Shown piece after piece: positions 62,955 through 64,000 of a DNA stretch of 64,000 bases. The stretch's first letter is position 1. Each line of letters opens with the position of its first letter. The notes beneath the pieces are model-generated. The model searched no databases and was not told where the DNA came from. It worked only from the letters and a program-made list of their open reading frames with translations. A program made the translations under genes and the position numbers. This DNA comes from Oscillospiraceae bacterium (GTDB taxonomy: Bacteria > Bacillota > Clostridia > Oscillospirales > Oscillospiraceae), in NCBI GenBank assembly GCA_020025295.1, contig JAHHSJ010000005.1:5538-69537 (forward strand), given 5' to 3'.

Positions 62955-64000
62955 TTAGTTCAGCTTTTCCAGACCCACACGCAGTCTGCGCAGGCACTCG
63001 TCCTTGCCCAGAATGTGGCAGATTTCAACGGCGCCGCCGGGAGTGACTGCCTTGCCGGCAGCGGCAATACGCACCGGCCACATGACCTTGGCGTTCTTGC
63101 ACTCCAGCTCTTCAGCGGTAGCAATGAGGGTGTCGTGAATGGCATCGACAGTCCAGTCGGCAATGGCTTCAAACTTGGGGATGATGACATTCAGCATGTC
63201 CCGGCTGCTCTCAGCGGAGGACTTGGACTTCTTGTGGGTAAACAGAGCCACATCGTAGTCGGGGAGAGCATCGAAGAAGTCCACCTTCTCGGGGATTTCG
63301 GTGAGCGCCTCGGTGCGCTGCTGCAGCAGGGCGGCAATCTCAGCCACATTTGCGTTGGGATTCTTGACGCTCTGGCGGATATAAGGCTCTGCCACAGCGG
63401 TGAATTCCTCAGGAGTCATGTTGCGGAGATAGCTGGAGTTGAAGTACTTCATCTTATCCATGCTGAAGGCAGAGGGGCTCTTGGAAATGCCGCCGATGTC
63501 GAATGCGGCGATCAGCTCCGGCATGGTGAAGAACTCCTGCTCGGCAATGTCGCCCTTGGGGCTCCAACCCAGCAGAGTGACATAGTTGACGATGGCGGGG
63601 GAGATGAAGCCCATCTTCATCAGATCCTCATAGGAGGGGTCGCCGTGGCGCTTGGACATCTTGCGGACGATGTTGTGCTCCTCGCCGGTGACCTCGTCCA
63701 CTTCCTTGGCGTCGATCATGACGCTGGAGCAGTGGACATAGGTGGGAATCTCCCAGCCAAAGGCCTCGTACAGCAGGTTGTACTTGGGGGAGGAGGAGAG
63801 ATATTCGCTGCCGCGGACCACGTGGGTAATGCCCATCAGGTGGTCGTCGATGACATTGGCGAAGTTATAGGTGGGCAGACCGTCGGATTTGAGCAGGATC
63901 TGATCTTCCAGATCTGCGTTGTCCACGGTAATCTCGCCGTACACGGAGTCGACAAAGGTGGTCGTGCCCTCAGGAATCTTCTGACGGATGACATAGGGCT
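62955..64000 (-). CDS. gltX: Glutamate--tRNA ligase, C-terminal ~348 codons; the N-terminus lies beyond the right window edge
   Basis: YNFANVIDDHLMGITHVVRGSEYLSSSPKYNLLYEAFGW and the KMSKRHG (KMSKS) motif are present. The frame stays open upstream of the listed Met to position 64000. Confidence 0.9.
   Translation of the reverse strand, partial: PYVIRQKIPEGTTTFVDSVYGEITVDNADLEDQILLKSDGLPTYNFANVIDDHLMGITHVVRGSEYLSSSPKYNLLYEAFGWEIPTYVHCSSVMIDAKEVDEVTGEEHNIVRKMSKRHGDPSYEDLMKMGFISPAIVNYVTLLGWSPKGDIAEQEFFTMPELIAAFDIGGISKSPSAFSMDKMKYFNSSYLRNMTPEEFTAVAEPYIRQSVKNPNANVAEIAALLQQRTEALTEIPEKVDFFDALPDYDVALFTHKKSKSSAESSRDMLNVIIPKFEAIADWTVDAIHDTLIATAEELECKNAKVMWPVRIAAAGKAVTPGGAVEICHILGKDECLRRLRVGLEKLN

Overview
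This is a chromosomal, housekeeping-rich 64-kb window from a GC-rich anaerobic Firmicute of the class Clostridia. Gene content, AT-rich intergenic spacers and a structured queT leader suggest a Faecalibacterium-like Oscillospiraceae gut organism, but I could not verify that. Coding density is high: about 60 protein genes and one tRNA-Leu(UAG). I saw no rRNA, CRISPR array, transposase, integrase or phage genes. In left-to-right order the window holds: a TetM/EF-G-like GTPase cut by the left edge; trmO; a CNNM/CorC protein; a DtxR regulator; a HAD hydrolase; a pyridoxal-type kinase; the radical-SAM gene ygiQ; a CarD-like protein; an MFS transporter; an XRE-TPR regulator; an OmpR/PhoR-type two-component pair next to a Na/Pi cotransporter; desulfoferrodoxin plus rubredoxin (the latter missing from the ORF track); an Fe-alcohol dehydrogenase; dus; lrgAB; a 5-gene Opp/Dpp-type peptide ABC operon; a thioesterase; tRNA-Leu; a P1B-type ATPase module; an F1Fo ATP synthase operon; a lic-like choline locus; an 8-gene operon behind a T-box leader; a sortase-B pilus locus; a SWIM protein; a 2Fe-2S protein; mutY; a radical-SAM activase-like gene; rpsF-ssb-rpsR; queT with a structured leader; birA; comFC; ypeB; and gltX, cut by the right edge. 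The observations I rank highest are these. (1) A clear T-box leader sits in front of an operon encoding an HTH-cupin-acyl-CoA synthetase fusion, a P-loop ATPase, a four-subunit 2-oxoacid:ferredoxin oxidoreductase, a C-N hydrolase and IlvE. I read this as a tRNA-sensed reductive-carboxylation route from branched short-chain fatty acids to branched-chain amino acids. (2) The ATP synthase operon has no free delta gene. Instead, a delta C-terminal domain is fused in frame to alpha, and the c subunit carries a signal-peptide-like N-terminal extension. (3) A P1B ATPase has FSC in place of the CPC motif and is preceded by two tiny ORFs and an internal attenuator-like hairpin. (4) The lic-like locus contains an HTH-LicC-LicA triple fusion. 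(5) A minimal pilus locus contains a signal-peptidase paralogue whose catalytic Lys is lost and whose catalytic Ser appears to be lost as well. All functional calls come from reading translations and motifs by eye; no database search was possible.
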